Positions 17,122 through 27,796 of a stretch of DNA of 64,000 nt are shown in pieces (position 1 is the first letter of the stretch; each line of letters starts with the position of its first letter). The notes beneath the pieces are model-generated. The model saw only the letters and a list, made by a program, of their open reading frames with translations. It searched no databases and had not been told where the DNA came from. The stretch is taken from assembly GCA_965231055.1 (NCBI GenBank), contig OZ246411.1, positions 48,334 through 112,333 on the forward strand, read 5' to 3'. The position numbers and the translations under genes are program-made. The stretch is from an uncultured Candidatus Saccharibacteria bacterium (lineage in GTDB: Bacteria; Patescibacteriota; CALEFQ01; G965231055).

Positions 17122-18720
17122 TTATTCTAGTGTGATAGAAATCTGATTTGAATAAACACCGCATGCTCCACCGAGATATTCGCATACTCTAACATAATAT
17201 TTTCCTGCGCCATCAAAAGCATTTACAGATGAACCCGTCACCGTAGCGCTGTTGTAGTAAAGGTATTTGTCATCGGCTCTAGTGGGGTAAGTAGGATTTT
17301 TGTTTTTTGACCAAACTACTTTAAATCCACTTTCCGAATATCCATTTACTGACCAGCTTATTTTACCACTTCCCAAGTAGCTAAGTGCGATTGAATCCAC
17401 TCCACTTGCCTGCTGTTCTTTTTTAGGAGCCGTTACTGTTATATTGTTACTATAAACTCCGCAACTTCCTCCGAGATACTGACACACCCTAAAATGATAA
17501 GTTTTTCCATCTTGGATAGACCATTTATAGCTTCTAGTAGCATTATCTGATAGGTACTGATAATCATTTCCAGGATATACAGGACTTGCTGATTCGCTTT
17601 TTACAAGCTTAAATCCCTGAGAAATATCAACCCCCGTAACCGTCCAGCTAAAATTTATTCCGTCATCAGTGGCGCTACCTGAAAGCGAGATAGATGCGCC
17701 CTGCTGTTGTTGCTGATTGGATTCTTGATTTTGTTCCTGAGCCCTTTCGCGTCTCGTAACTTTAAGACTTTTTTCATTTTTATGACCAAGGGAATTTTCG
17801 GCTCTCACGTTTATTTTGTTCTCACCCATCTCTAGTGCTATTTTTTGAGAAAATTTTCCGTCTGTATTTGTCACTTCCGTATCGTTTATATAAACTTTGG
17901 CATCGGTATCTGTCTTTCCTTCAACTAAAATCTCTGAATCCTCGGTGGTAGCTTCGTTTTTGGGGGTTGAAATTTCTAGCATCACACCATCAATGTTTTG
18001 CAAAAATCCCATTTTGTTTTTGAAATCTTCAAGCTTGAGGTCTTCACTCCTATTCCAAACTACAAATTCGTCTTCCTTCAAATCATCTAGGTTTAATTCG
18101 CCAATTTCATTGTTTTCCTTACCGTCTTTTACGAAATAGTATTCCTTACCTTGTTCTATTGTTTTTGATTCATCAGCTTTCTTAAATTCTACAGAGCTTT
18201 CAAAAACCTCAACTCCCTTTTCCGAATCCATATTCTTTGTGAGATATGCCGTGCCCAATGATTTCATGGAGTATTCATCAATTTTGACTTCAAATGATCT
18301 CTCGAGATCTGCGATTCTAGAATAAACTTCTCCTTTTTTATTTGTAATAACTATGGAATTTGGGTGCAAACTAGTAAGTTCCACTTCAGTGTTATTGTTT
18401 AATCTCAAAACACTTCCATCATCCAAACTTAATATCGCCTTGCCATTGTCACCAGTTTTTATCATGTCTCCCTCCTGCAAATCAAAATTTTGAGGAAGGT
18501 TTCCCGTAGATCCTAATCTTACATATTCTATAGTCCCCTCTACATATGCGGAGACAGCTTTCAATGAAGCTACGCCATGATCATCGTCCCTACTCGCATT
18601 CCATATAAAAAAGAGGGATACGATAATAGCAACTGCTAAAACTGTCATACAAATCCAAAAAAATCTTGGAACCCTACCTTTTTGCATAAAATCTCCAATT
18701 TTTTGTAGAAATTGCTTCAT
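17122..18720 (-). CDS. membrane-anchored protein with FecR-like domain and two C-terminal about 85-aa tandem repeats
   Basis: N-terminal TM; FecR-like GDMIKTGDNGKAILSLDDGSVLRL; repeats ending RVCQYLGGSCGVYSN / RVCEYLGGACGVYSN. Confidence 0.5.
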   Translation of the reverse strand: MKQFLQKIGDFMQKGRVPRFFWICMTVLAVAIIVSLFFIWNASRDDDHGVASLKAVSAYVEGTIEYVRLGSTGNLPQNFDLQEGDMIKTGDNGKAILSLDDGSVLRLNNNTEVELTSLHPNSIVITNKKGEVYSRIADLERSFEVKIDEYSMKSLGTAYLTKNMDSEKGVEVFESSVEFKKADESKTIEQGKEYYFVKDGKENNEIGELNLDDLKEDEFVVWNRSEDLKLEDFKNKMGFLQNIDGVMLEISTPKNEATTEDSEILVEGKTDTDAKVYINDTEVTNTDGKFSQKIALEMGENKINVRAENSLGHKNEKSLKVTRRERAQEQNQESNQQQQQGASISLSGSATDDGINFSWTVTGVDISQGFKLVKSESASPVYPGNDYQYLSDNATRSYKWSIQDGKTYHFRVCQYLGGSCGVYSNNITVTAPKKEQQASGVDSIALSYLGSGKISWSVNGYSESGFKVVWSKNKNPTYPTRADDKYLYYNSATVTGSSVNAFDGAGKYYVRVCEYLGGACGVYSNQISITLE

Positions 18721-18764
18721 GTTTTTTGATTAAATATAATATCTAATATTATCATATTTTGGGT

Positions 18765-18793
18765 TTTTTAAAAAACCGCTTCTTGGGGCGGTT
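18765..18793 (-). terminator. rho-independent terminator
   Basis: aaccgc..gcggtt hairpin + T-run on minus. Confidence 0.5.
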
Positions 18794-19125
18794 TAAACTA
18801 GAATGTTTTCTAGTATTTTGTCGTAAATTGTGCCGGCAAACTGCTTTGTAAAATGCTTTTTTTGATCTTCATTCTCAAATTTTTCTTCTGGAAAAATATT
18901 ATTTATGCTTTGCAAAAGCATGCTGAAGCTTTCTGAATCATCTTTGGACTCGTTTTTGTCTATTTTGTCTTTATTTTTCTTCCACCACAAAAATATAGTT
19001 TCAACTATTTTTTCATTGGTATCTGAAAAATCAAATTTAAATACGCCTGATTCCAAAACTGATTTAATCAGAGATTTCATCTGTTCTTTTTGAATTTCTT
19101 CTTGTGCTCGCAAAGTCTCATCCAT
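18793..19125 (-). CDS. hypothetical protein (K/E-rich)
   Basis: 110-aa ORF. Confidence 0.4.
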   Translation of the reverse strand: MDETLRAQEEIQKEQMKSLIKSVLESGVFKFDFSDTNEKIVETIFLWWKKNKDKIDKNESKDDSESFSMLLQSINNIFPEEKFENEDQKKHFTKQFAGTIYDKILENILV

Positions 19126-19126
19126 A

Positions 19127-19627
19127 TTATTGCGTCAATGAATCAGAAATTTTCATAGCCCACTCGGAAGCTTTATTTGAATTTACTTCTTTTGCTTTCA
19201 CATCATCTCTAGCATTTCTAAATCCCACCACATCCACAATCTCTGTATTGGGAATAGCTTTCGTAACTTTTTCTCGCAAATTTCCTAGCTCACTTTCATG
19301 AGAAGCAAAAACAGCCAGCTTTTTACCAGAGAAATCATATTTAGAAAAAAGAGTTTTAAATACTGGATTAAATCCACCTGCCCAAATCGGAGTACCCATT
19401 AAAATCATATCGTATTTTGAAATATCCAATTCAAAAGGCTTGAGCTCTGGCTTTTCATTGAAAAGCACTTGCTTGCCTCCCCAAAAATATTTGGCAAAAC
19501 CTTTTTTGCTTTTTGCATCATTTATTGCCTCTAATTCAATTTTATCCGCGCTAACTTTTCTAGCAATAGAGTCGGCTAATGCTCTAGTGTGTCCAGATAA
19601 TGAATAATAGATTACGAGTGTTTTCAT
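19127..19627 (-). CDS. flavodoxin-like fold protein (NAD(P)H-dependent oxidoreductase family)
   Basis: MKTLVIYYSLSGHTRALA flavodoxin FMN-binding loop. Confidence 0.7.
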   Translation of the reverse strand: MKTLVIYYSLSGHTRALADSIARKVSADKIELEAINDAKSKKGFAKYFWGGKQVLFNEKPELKPFELDISKYDMILMGTPIWAGGFNPVFKTLFSKYDFSGKKLAVFASHESELGNLREKVTKAIPNTEIVDVVGFRNARDDVKAKEVNSNKASEWAMKISDSLTQ

Positions 19628-19630
19628 ATG

Positions 19631-19692
19631 TGTTATTAGTATTCAATAATCAGTATTCATTATTCATGAAAACTGAACACTGATTACTAACT
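19631..19692. repeat. AGTATTCAGT-type palindromic intergenic repeat R2
   Basis: agtattcaataatcagtattca...gaaaactgaacactgattac 5' of the flavodoxin start. Confidence 0.55.
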
Positions 19693-20374
19693 ATTTAGTA
19701 CTTATCAAGAATCTCCAAAGTTTTTGGTTTTTCACCTCATCCAACCTTAGCACGATATATAGCCAATACAAAATGGGCCCCAATGAAAAATACATTATTT
19801 GCATCCAAGTAGGTGCGTGCATACAGTCACACAAAGGAAGTCCATCATAAGTTGCTGATGTTATATTATGAATATTCAAAGAATGATAACCATAAGTCTC
19901 AAAAAATATAAGTACTACAAAATAAATAAAATAGAAAAAAATGAACTTAGCCCAAAGTTTTTTAATTTTTAGTTTGTGCTTAAGATAAGCATAAAGGGTA
20001 TGAACTCCAAAAAGCCCGAGCGCCCAAGCAAAAGCTGGAAACAGATTTATACCCACTAGTGTTAAAAAGCTGTGGTTGTATCCATACTGATCTCTAGCAA
20101 AAATCATCCACAAAAAAGCGATCAATGACGCTACCAAAAAACGATAAGTTAAAACCTTATTTTTTAAAGCCAGCAAAAAACCCAAAACAAAAAAGTAGAT
20201 TATCACAAGCGAATAAGAAATAGTCAGCACATAATCAGGACTATTGATAAGTCCAAAAACAATCGTGATTAATAGAGCCACGAGACCACAATACAAAATC
20301 ACCTGCTTTTTGTGTTTCAGTAATGTTTGCTCAAGCTCTGCAATACTTTTTTCTACTTTTTTTATATTTATCAT
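19691..20374 (-). CDS. multi-pass membrane protein, hypothetical
   Basis: 6-7 predicted TM helices. Confidence 0.4.
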   Translation of the reverse strand: MINIKKVEKSIAELEQTLLKHKKQVILYCGLVALLITIVFGLINSPDYVLTISYSLVIIYFFVLGFLLALKNKVLTYRFLVASLIAFLWMIFARDQYGYNHSFLTLVGINLFPAFAWALGLFGVHTLYAYLKHKLKIKKLWAKFIFFYFIYFVVLIFFETYGYHSLNIHNITSATYDGLPLCDCMHAPTWMQIMYFSLGPILYWLYIVLRLDEVKNQKLWRFLISTK

Positions 20375-20377
20375 ATT

Positions 20378-21757
20378 TTACCAACCAAATTGTTTACCCA
20401 CTTCCTCCGAAGTTTCACGTTTTCTGATAACTTTTACTTCTCCGTTTGTCGCTACTAGTTTTGCAGGACTAGAAAGCAGACAATGATGAGAAGCTAAAGA
20501 ATCTTGATAAGCTCCCGTGTCAAAAAAAGCTATGTAAAGTTCTTCGCATTCATTGATATCGGGAAGCAAAATGTAATTTCCTCCGGCTGTGTATTTGTCA
20601 TCGCTGTCACAACTAGATCCAGCTATCCAAACTTTTTTAAGTTTTTTGGAATTAAGATGAGTAACTGGAGCCACATGCCATTTTTGATGAATAGACCAAG
20701 TATCTATAAGATCATTCATAAAACTTCCGTCTATTACATACCAGAGTTTGCTACCCACATCCTCAACTATTTTTTCCGCCAAAACTTTATAAATTGTAAT
20801 CTGGGAAGGAGCTACTATATATCTACTCCATTCTACTATAATATCAGGTGGCTTGGTACCCACTTTATCACAATATTTTTTGGCAGTACGAACTATGAGA
20901 TTTATAAGATTTCTACCTGTATAAAATCTTTTGTTTTTCATATAGGGAATCCCTGCTCCTCCTCCAATATCCATAGTATCTAGTCCTGGATTATGTTTTC
21001 GCATTTTCTCATACAGCTCCAATGCTTTTTTAAATGGAGCAATTATGCCTTCCATGGTCTCAACCTGACTAGATATATGATAATGCAAAATACTAAGATT
21101 TTTTATCTTGCCCATGCTCAAAAGCTCTGCTTCAGTAAAACCATATCTGTTGAATTTTTTATCCCAGTGGCTTTGCACTCTAATATCAAGATTCACCCTA
21201 ATTCCTATATTGCCTTTGAATTTTTTAAATCTTTCAAGCTCCCGATAATCTTCAATGATAGGAATTATAACAAGCCCCCTGCTCCTGAGCTCTTCTATTA
21301 GATTTATATATTTATCTGTCTTGGGACCATTGCAGATTACTCTGATTCTGGCATTGAACTTTTCCTGTTCTATCATGCGTTTCACCAAATAAAGTTCGTT
21401 TGCACTAGATACTTCCAAGTGAGCTCCCTCAGCTACGGCTGGCAAAACAAACTCTTTATTCTGGTTTACCTTCATCGCATAGTGATAAAAAAACTTTCCT
21501 TTATAATTTAGTATTTTTATATAAGCATTGAAAGTATCTATCAAATCTCTCACTCTATTTTCAATAATCGTAGGGAAAACTATCTCCGTGCTAGTTCCGT
21601 ATTTTTTTATGATATCGTGAATGTTGTATTGAAAATGTCCTTCTTTTACTACCATCTCTCCATCCGGACTAATATCAAAATTAGCTGTATTAAATTCTTC
21701 CATGCCGAGCTTCCAAAATTTTAACAGCTTCGCCTTATTACTCTTCGCCTTACCCAA
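20378..21757 (-). CDS. speA: PLP-dependent fold-III decarboxylase, arginine decarboxylase (SpeA)-like
   Basis: VFPTIIENRV...FFYHYAMKVNQNKEFV (SpeA-type FPDIL..YPIKVNQ pattern); IGGGAGIPY. Confidence 0.6.
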   Translation of the reverse strand: MGKAKSNKAKLLKFWKLGMEEFNTANFDISPDGEMVVKEGHFQYNIHDIIKKYGTSTEIVFPTIIENRVRDLIDTFNAYIKILNYKGKFFYHYAMKVNQNKEFVLPAVAEGAHLEVSSANELYLVKRMIEQEKFNARIRVICNGPKTDKYINLIEELRSRGLVIIPIIEDYRELERFKKFKGNIGIRVNLDIRVQSHWDKKFNRYGFTEAELLSMGKIKNLSILHYHISSQVETMEGIIAPFKKALELYEKMRKHNPGLDTMDIGGGAGIPYMKNKRFYTGRNLINLIVRTAKKYCDKVGTKPPDIIVEWSRYIVAPSQITIYKVLAEKIVEDVGSKLWYVIDGSFMNDLIDTWSIHQKWHVAPVTHLNSKKLKKVWIAGSSCDSDDKYTAGGNYILLPDINECEELYIAFFDTGAYQDSLASHHCLLSSPAKLVATNGEVKVIRKRETSEEVGKQFGW

Positions 21758-21843
21758 TTTGTTTGATTAATAAATAATTTGCGATTTATTATACTACAAT
21801 CTCAAAAATAGTATAGGAAGTTTTGATTTTATGTATACCTGAG

Positions 21844-22707
21844 TTATTCCGAAATAAAACACAACGCAATCACCGCAATCAAAGAGATGGCAAGTCCCCA
21901 CCACTGGTGTTTTTTTAGCTTTTCTTTATTGAAAACAAATCCCAAAACAGCAGCTATTCCGATATAACCCTGACTTATTCCAGTTGCCATTGGGATGGAC
22001 AAAAAAACCATTCCAAAAGAATACGCCAGCCAAGCAAAATTATCCAAAAAGCCTAACGAAAATATTAATTTTTTGTTATCTTGCCAGCTCTTCGAAATAA
22101 GTTTTGTTTGCGATTTAAAAATAAGGTAAAAAAGCACGACTACAAAAATAAAAAAGCTCGTAAACCAGTTTACGAGAATAGGATCGGTAAGTCTAGACCC
22201 CACACCAAAAAGAAAATTAACCAAACCCATCAAAAATGTACCCAGTATAGCCATCCATATTCCTTTTTCAAACCTAGCTTTTTTAAATTCACCAAAAGAC
22301 TTAGTAGAAAGTAAAAATAAACCAACCACAACGAAAATAACAAAAAATCCTTGAATGAAATTCATCTTTTCTCTGATAATCAAAGTAGTTATCAGAATAG
22401 TTATCGGGATTTCTATGGCAAAGACAGGATCTATGACTGAAATTTTTCCTATTTTCAACGCTTGGGTGTATAACAATCCAGCAAGAAGTACCAATATACT
22501 AGTAATTATGAGAACCAAAAGTTCCTTTGGGCTATTTAGAAGTGAATATATTGACCTCCAAGCAAATGGTAGGAACATTAGTGCCCCAAAAACTCCTATG
22601 TAAAACAGGGTAAGTAAATTTCCAAGTTTACGAGCGCTCTTTTGTAATAAAAAATCACCCACTCCCCAAAACAACAAAGCAATAATAGCGAACAAAACTC
22701 CCCACAT
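21844..22707 (-). CDS. EamA/DMT-family transporter
   Basis: 10 TM helices, two EamA-like halves. Confidence 0.7.
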   Translation of the reverse strand: MWGVLFAIIALLFWGVGDFLLQKSARKLGNLLTLFYIGVFGALMFLPFAWRSIYSLLNSPKELLVLIITSILVLLAGLLYTQALKIGKISVIDPVFAIEIPITILITTLIIREKMNFIQGFFVIFVVVGLFLLSTKSFGEFKKARFEKGIWMAILGTFLMGLVNFLFGVGSRLTDPILVNWFTSFFIFVVVLFYLIFKSQTKLISKSWQDNKKLIFSLGFLDNFAWLAYSFGMVFLSIPMATGISQGYIGIAAVLGFVFNKEKLKKHQWWGLAISLIAVIALCFISE

Positions 22708-22719
22708 AAAAAATTTACA

Positions 22720-23838
22720 TTATTTAGTTTTTGTTTTTACAAATTTCACAGCGAGAAATGTGGCAATAGGTATAGCAAGACAAAGCCCAATACTTCCTGC
22801 TAGAGTTCTCACTATTTCTGTAACTATAACTTCGTTGTTTATAGCTTGAGTAAAACTTAGAGCTGAGGAATTGTCTCCACTAAATAAAACGAGTAATGGC
22901 AATGAGCATCCAGCATAAGCTAAAAACAAAGTGTTTACCATGGAACTTAGATGAGACACGCCCACCTTCATAGCTTTTTTATAAAGCTCTTTACCATGAA
23001 TTGAAACGCCTGAAGACTTGAGCTCTTTAACAAGTACCACCTGAGAAATCACTACATCATCCAAAACTCCAAGTGTCCCTATAATTATTCCGGCAAGCAA
23101 AAGTCCCTTGAGATTTATACTGACTCCACTAAGTCCCGTCAAAAACATTGCTTCTTCAGTTGCAAACCCTGAAAGCTTGGTCATTTCAGTAAAAAGAAGG
23201 GAGAGAATTCCCGTCACAAGTAGAGCTATAACTATAGAAACGATAGATATTGTAGATTCTCTATTGAATCCTTCCGTAATATATATCGCAAGTAGCAATA
23301 TAAATATGGATCCAATAATACTTATAAAAAGTGGATTGTGACCAGCAAGAATCAGGGGCACCACAAATTTGATAATTATTAAAAAGGTTATACCAAGTAC
23401 GATCAATGCCCTAAGTCCTTTGAGTTTTCCGGTGAGCACCACAACCAAAGCAAAAACCAAAGCCATCCACCAAAGAGCACTAGTTCTCACATATCCATTT
23501 ATATAAAAAGTTTCCTCTCCACTTTCACTGAGCGTTCTGTTGATCAAAACTCTATCACCTACTTTGTATTTTGTGCCTGGCATTTTGGTTTCTTCGGTTT
23601 CATACACAAAAAACTCTTTGTTTTTATAATCTCCATCTAGCCCCCTTAGCTTCACCGGAGTTTGTGGTGAATCCAACCCCATGTCATCTGACACAATTTT
23701 TTCATCCTGGATTTCTAAAATTCTCGCCTTGAAAAAATCTGATTCCATCGTGTCTGTGTCTGCTTTCACAGAAAAAGCCACTGCGAAAACCACAGCTATC
23801 ATCACGAATAAAAATAATTTATTTTTAATTTTTTTCAT
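22720..23838 (-). CDS. YibE/F-family membrane protein
   Basis: signal/TM + extracytoplasmic domain + 6 TM with YibE/F pattern. Confidence 0.6.
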   Translation of the reverse strand: MKKIKNKLFLFVMIAVVFAVAFSVKADTDTMESDFFKARILEIQDEKIVSDDMGLDSPQTPVKLRGLDGDYKNKEFFVYETEETKMPGTKYKVGDRVLINRTLSESGEETFYINGYVRTSALWWMALVFALVVVLTGKLKGLRALIVLGITFLIIIKFVVPLILAGHNPLFISIIGSIFILLLAIYITEGFNRESTISIVSIVIALLVTGILSLLFTEMTKLSGFATEEAMFLTGLSGVSINLKGLLLAGIIIGTLGVLDDVVISQVVLVKELKSSGVSIHGKELYKKAMKVGVSHLSSMVNTLFLAYAGCSLPLLVLFSGDNSSALSFTQAINNEVIVTEIVRTLAGSIGLCLAIPIATFLAVKFVKTKTK

Positions 23839-23855
23839 TGTTTGAATAAATTATA

Positions 23856-24494
23856 CTATTCACAACTACCCTCGCACTCAAAAAGTTTTTCCGTGTTATC
23901 TGAATATTTTGAATTGCATGTTTCCACGCAAGATTTACAAAAAGTAAAATCTGGATTTTCTACTTGCTTGCAAGTACCGTTTTCTACTCCGCATGTCGCA
24001 TATTGTCTGCATTTATCTCCCAACACATACATCTCATCACAAACATCTGCACGATTTGAACCGCAAGAAATATCAAGTCCGTGACAATTCTCCACTTCAC
24101 AAGTGCCAACCACGTCGCCAGGATCATTTGCGACACTACAGTTTTTGGGAGAAAACTCCAGACCATCATCGGAAATATCTGCAATATACTCTTTTTGCGA
24201 AATGGTTTTATCAGGATCTACGGTAAAACATTTTGCTGAAATAATTGGTCTTCCCGATCCCTCTTGGATAAAAGCTACGTACCAAGTATCACCCTCTTTT
24301 TTTGACTTGATAGATTTGGGAGCAAGATTATCAGAAGGATATTCATCTAGCTCTGAATATTTTTGTTTCAAAAAAGACACTACCTGATCCTCTGTTTTTA
24401 GCTCAACTTTTCGCTCATAAAACATCCAGAACGCCACAGCAGACGATACGATTGCCAAAAGTACCACTAGGATCATTATGATTTTTGTTTGCAT
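23856..24494 (-). CDS. signal-anchored Cys-rich secreted protein, hypothetical
   Basis: N-terminal TM; about 20 Cys in the C-terminal half. Confidence 0.4.
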   Translation of the reverse strand: MQTKIIMILVVLLAIVSSAVAFWMFYERKVELKTEDQVVSFLKQKYSELDEYPSDNLAPKSIKSKKEGDTWYVAFIQEGSGRPIISAKCFTVDPDKTISQKEYIADISDDGLEFSPKNCSVANDPGDVVGTCEVENCHGLDISCGSNRADVCDEMYVLGDKCRQYATCGVENGTCKQVENPDFTFCKSCVETCNSKYSDNTEKLFECEGSCE

Positions 24495-24610
24495 TTTATT
24501 TAGATTAGATTATATTTTGGCTCTCATAACAGTATATCAAAATGAGAGGCAATGCAAAGCAATAAAAAAACGCTCATAAATAATACATGCTGAGCGCTAC
24601 TTACAAATTA

Positions 24611-24964
24611 TCAGGTAGTTTTTTTGGTTTTATTTTTTCTAAGTAACGTGGCTCTGGATTTATTTTGACACTTTGGGCATTTGAGATACTTCCAGCCACC
24701 ATTTTTACTAGGCCCATGAGGACTCAAAAAGTCTTTCCAAAACGAGATTTCAAATTCATTTCCACACCTTGGACAGCGGTAAGCAAAATTACTCGCGTGC
24801 CACTTTACAATAATCGCTACTCCAAAAATAACCAGCACCAACCAAACATAAATATATTCAGGAACCAGCAAAATTGCACCAATAACAATAACCGCAACAA
24901 AAATAGAAATAAAAAGAATTGTTTTCGTCCAATCCTTTTTCGTGGTTTCTACATATTTACTCAT
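24611..24964 (-). CDS. membrane protein with zinc-ribbon (CPRC...CPKC)
   Basis: 2 TM + YRCPRCGNEF..LKCPKCQNK. Confidence 0.4.
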   Translation of the reverse strand: MSKYVETTKKDWTKTILFISIFVAVIVIGAILLVPEYIYVWLVLVIFGVAIIVKWHASNFAYRCPRCGNEFEISFWKDFLSPHGPSKNGGWKYLKCPKCQNKSRATLLRKNKTKKTT

Positions 24965-25069
24965 AGGGTTTACTATGTTACACGGCGTTGCGATATGCGC
25001 TTACTAGCTCAAAATATATTTCTTGTTTTGATTATCACTATAAACTATTTTGAATTCCTATTGATTTAA

Positions 25070-25702
25070 CTACTTCTTCTTCAAAATTTTTATAAACCTC
25101 AGGGCGCCGTAAGAAATCAAGACAAAGCCGACAATCAAATTCAATATTTGAATTACATACATCGGGATTGTTTCTCTTAATAACGAAAACAAAATTACAG
25201 AAACCCCCATGAATATCATTGTCGCTAGGCCTACTGAAAAACCGAAAATGTATAAATTCTTTTTCGTATAATTTCGCTCAATAGCTTTTGAGGCAAAAAT
25301 GCCTGTGAAAAAAATTATTGTCATCGGATTGGAAATGGTTAGAACAAATGCAGATATAAAACTTGATACTAAATTTCCAGATTCGATCTCGGTATTAGTG
25401 GAAAGACCACTACCCAATATCCCATTTATTATAACCACTCCGAATGCAATTAGCACAATTGAGCTAATTGCTCCAAATAATCTCTTGGTTTTCTTATTTT
25501 CCAAAATTTTTCCAATCCCAGTAACTGACAGGGTAATGTAAATATAGTCAACTAAAGTAACGGCTAAAACAGCTACAAGCCCATCGTAAATTGTTTTTTG
25601 GAATGCTAGATTTATGATAAAGAAAAAAACTGGACCAATTGCGAGCTGAAGAAATAATCCAGTTAATAAACCGTTTGAGAATATTTTGAAACTGTTTTTC
25701 AT
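25070..25702 (-). CDS. LysE/RhtB-family amino-acid exporter
   Basis: 6 TM, N-terminal LQLAIGPVFFFIIN LysE signature. Confidence 0.65.
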   Translation of the reverse strand: MKNSFKIFSNGLLTGLFLQLAIGPVFFFIINLAFQKTIYDGLVAVLAVTLVDYIYITLSVTGIGKILENKKTKRLFGAISSIVLIAFGVVIINGILGSGLSTNTEIESGNLVSSFISAFVLTISNPMTIIFFTGIFASKAIERNYTKKNLYIFGFSVGLATMIFMGVSVILFSLLRETIPMYVIQILNLIVGFVLISYGALRFIKILKKK

Positions 25703-25789
25703 ATCGAAAGTTTTTACAAAGACGCCGTGCGATCAAGGACGCAACAAATCTTAACCGTAGCACTTTAAAAACATCGCACCTAGCTAAGA

Positions 25790-26140
25790 CTACTTTTTTG
25801 TTAAATTATTTTCTGGATTTTTGTGATTGTACTTTGCAAAAATCTCGGTTTTTACTAGATTAAAAGCTTCTTCGATATCTACTCCGAGCTGATTGGCAAG
25901 ACGACAAGTTCCAAAAAACAAATCACCTATTCCATCTATAAAAATTTCCTTGTTTTCTTCAACAAATTTCTTACGCTCTTTTTCTGATTTGTATCTCAGG
26001 TGCTGAGACATCTCTATAAGCTCTTCATGTAAATGATCAAACTTATCAACATTGGGAACATCTTTCCAATTATTCCGCTCAGCAAAAAACTTGAGCAGCT
26101 CCTGAGCGTCTTTCATTTTTGAGATTTGCTTTTCTTTCAT
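25790..26140 (-). CDS. MazG-like all-alpha NTP pyrophosphohydrolase
   Basis: HLHEELIEM...IGDLFF EExxE/D metal-binding pattern. Confidence 0.5.
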   Translation of the reverse strand: MKEKQISKMKDAQELLKFFAERNNWKDVPNVDKFDHLHEELIEMSQHLRYKSEKERKKFVEENKEIFIDGIGDLFFGTCRLANQLGVDIEEAFNLVKTEIFAKYNHKNPENNLTKK

Positions 26141-26358
26141 AATATTAAATAAAAATTCTAGATTTTATTATAAATTAATTATACCATAAAAACACCAAAA
26201 GTAGTTGAAATTTGGATATACGTCAAATCGAAAAGTGAATTGAAAAACGCACCTCCAAAATAGCTTTTTGAAATTTTTAGCTATTGACATCATTAAAACT
26301 ATTTGTTTGACTATAGTGTCTGATTAACAATAAAATCTGAAAGACGAGAGGAGGATCG

Positions 26359-26913
26359 ATGAAAAAGCATGTTTACTTATTAGTTGGTCAGCGTGGAGCA
26401 GGCAAAAGTTATTACGCCAAGCGATTGCTCACTGCACAACCCGAACTTTTACTCATAAGTCGTGACGAGATTCTTGTGCGTAATTTCGGCTCTACCGATA
26501 CGAACCCCTACGGCGGAACACAATGGTATGCCCTCAAGGCTATGCATCGTCTTCTTCGCTTTGTACTTCGGACTCGACCAACAGCCAAAATCATACTGGA
26601 CTGCTGGACAGGAGACAGCAAGGAACGAGCGTCACTTGTGCAAAAGCTCATAGAATACGGTGCGACCAAGGTTGTAGCTCTTTATTTTATAACACCACGC
26701 GAGATCGTAAACGATTGGTTTTGGCTCAAACCGGGAATAGCAAAAATGGAAGAGATGAGGTCACGTAAAGGGGAAAATCTTGTGTATTTTTCTGCCGAAG
26801 CACCCTTGCGAGATCATGAAGTATTCCATCAATTTGCACAGCAAATCGATTCAGACGGCTTCGATGAAGTTATCAGAATCAATCCACTCAACGAGCTCGT
26901 ATTCCTAGACTAA
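26359..26913 (+). CDS. P-loop kinase/ATPase (AAA_33/zeta-toxin-like); GC-rich, strong SD
   Basis: Walker A GQRGAGKS; about 50% GC; SD gaggagga; directly 3' of tRNA-Ser. Confidence 0.6.
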   Translation: MKKHVYLLVGQRGAGKSYYAKRLLTAQPELLLISRDEILVRNFGSTDTNPYGGTQWYALKAMHRLLRFVLRTRPTAKIILDCWTGDSKERASLVQKLIEYGATKVVALYFITPREIVNDWFWLKPGIAKMEEMRSRKGENLVYFSAEAPLRDHEVFHQFAQQIDSDGFDEVIRINPLNELVFLD

Positions 26914-26926
26914 AAAAGTCATAAAC

Positions 26927-26958
26927 GGAGTCGCCATCTCAAGATGACGACTTTTTTC
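26927..26958 (+). terminator. rho-independent terminator
   Basis: gtcgccatctcaagatgacgac hairpin + T6; a second hairpin at 26971..26986. Confidence 0.6.
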
Positions 26959-27042
26959 TTATCTCAAAAAAGCGCCGCTTGGCGCTTTCAAAAATACTAT
27001 AAACATAACTTACTTAATCATTTCACAGTGAGCTTATTGAAC

Positions 27043-27134
<92 letters not shown>

Positions 27135-27180
27135 ATGCTTAGGCATTAGAAGAACTAGAAGTTTCAGATGAGTTAGTATT
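27135..27180 (-). promoter_or_regulatory. conserved tRNA-Ser leader/promoter element (ATTAGAAGAACTAGAAGTTTCAGATGAG)
   Basis: about 85% identical 30-mer also 5' of tRNA-Ser-CGA (45575..45605). Confidence 0.5.
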
Positions 27181-27193
27181 AAATCGAAGTTAA

Positions 27194-27775
27194 TTACTTC
27201 ATCCTAATCACTGCATATTTCTGATTCATCGCGACAACTTTGTATTCCTTAAACATTTCTTTTGCTTGTCTTTTGATCAACTCCTTAATCCTACGCTGAA
27301 AAACCATCCACACTACCCCGCCTTCATTTAAATGTTCAGCGATAGATTTCATAAGTCTCTCCTCCCCTTCCTTGGTAAGGTGAGATGGTATATTGCACAA
27401 AACTACATCAAATTTTTCACTTTCGCAAGCGCTAAACACATCAGAACCTATTGCTTCTGCATTACCAATATTTAGTTTTTCTATATTCTGTTTCGCAAGC
27501 GCTATCGCTCTTGGATCTATATCAAAAAGCTTCACTTTGTTTTTGGTAAGAGTGGAGGCGCAAATTCCTAGTATTCCATTTCCGCATCCTAGATCCGCAA
27601 CCGTAGCGTTTTCAGTAATTTCAATTTTGGATAAAAGTAATTCAGATCCTTCATCTATTTTTTCATACGCAAAAACATCTGGGTAGGTCAGAAATTTCAT
27701 CTTGTTTCCACGAAAATCAAAATCAACTTCTTTGAGAAGCTTGGGATCTAATTTGATTTCAAAATTAATGTTCAT
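27194..27775 (-). CDS. class I SAM-dependent methyltransferase (RsmC/small-MTase domain)
   Basis: motif I DLGCGNGILG; NIP(S) motif CNIPSH. Confidence 0.7.
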   Translation of the reverse strand: MNINFEIKLDPKLLKEVDFDFRGNKMKFLTYPDVFAYEKIDEGSELLLSKIEITENATVADLGCGNGILGICASTLTKNKVKLFDIDPRAIALAKQNIEKLNIGNAEAIGSDVFSACESEKFDVVLCNIPSHLTKEGEERLMKSIAEHLNEGGVVWMVFQRRIKELIKRQAKEMFKEYKVVAMNQKYAVIRMK

Positions 27776-27796
27776 ATATTAAGAAATAGGGAACTA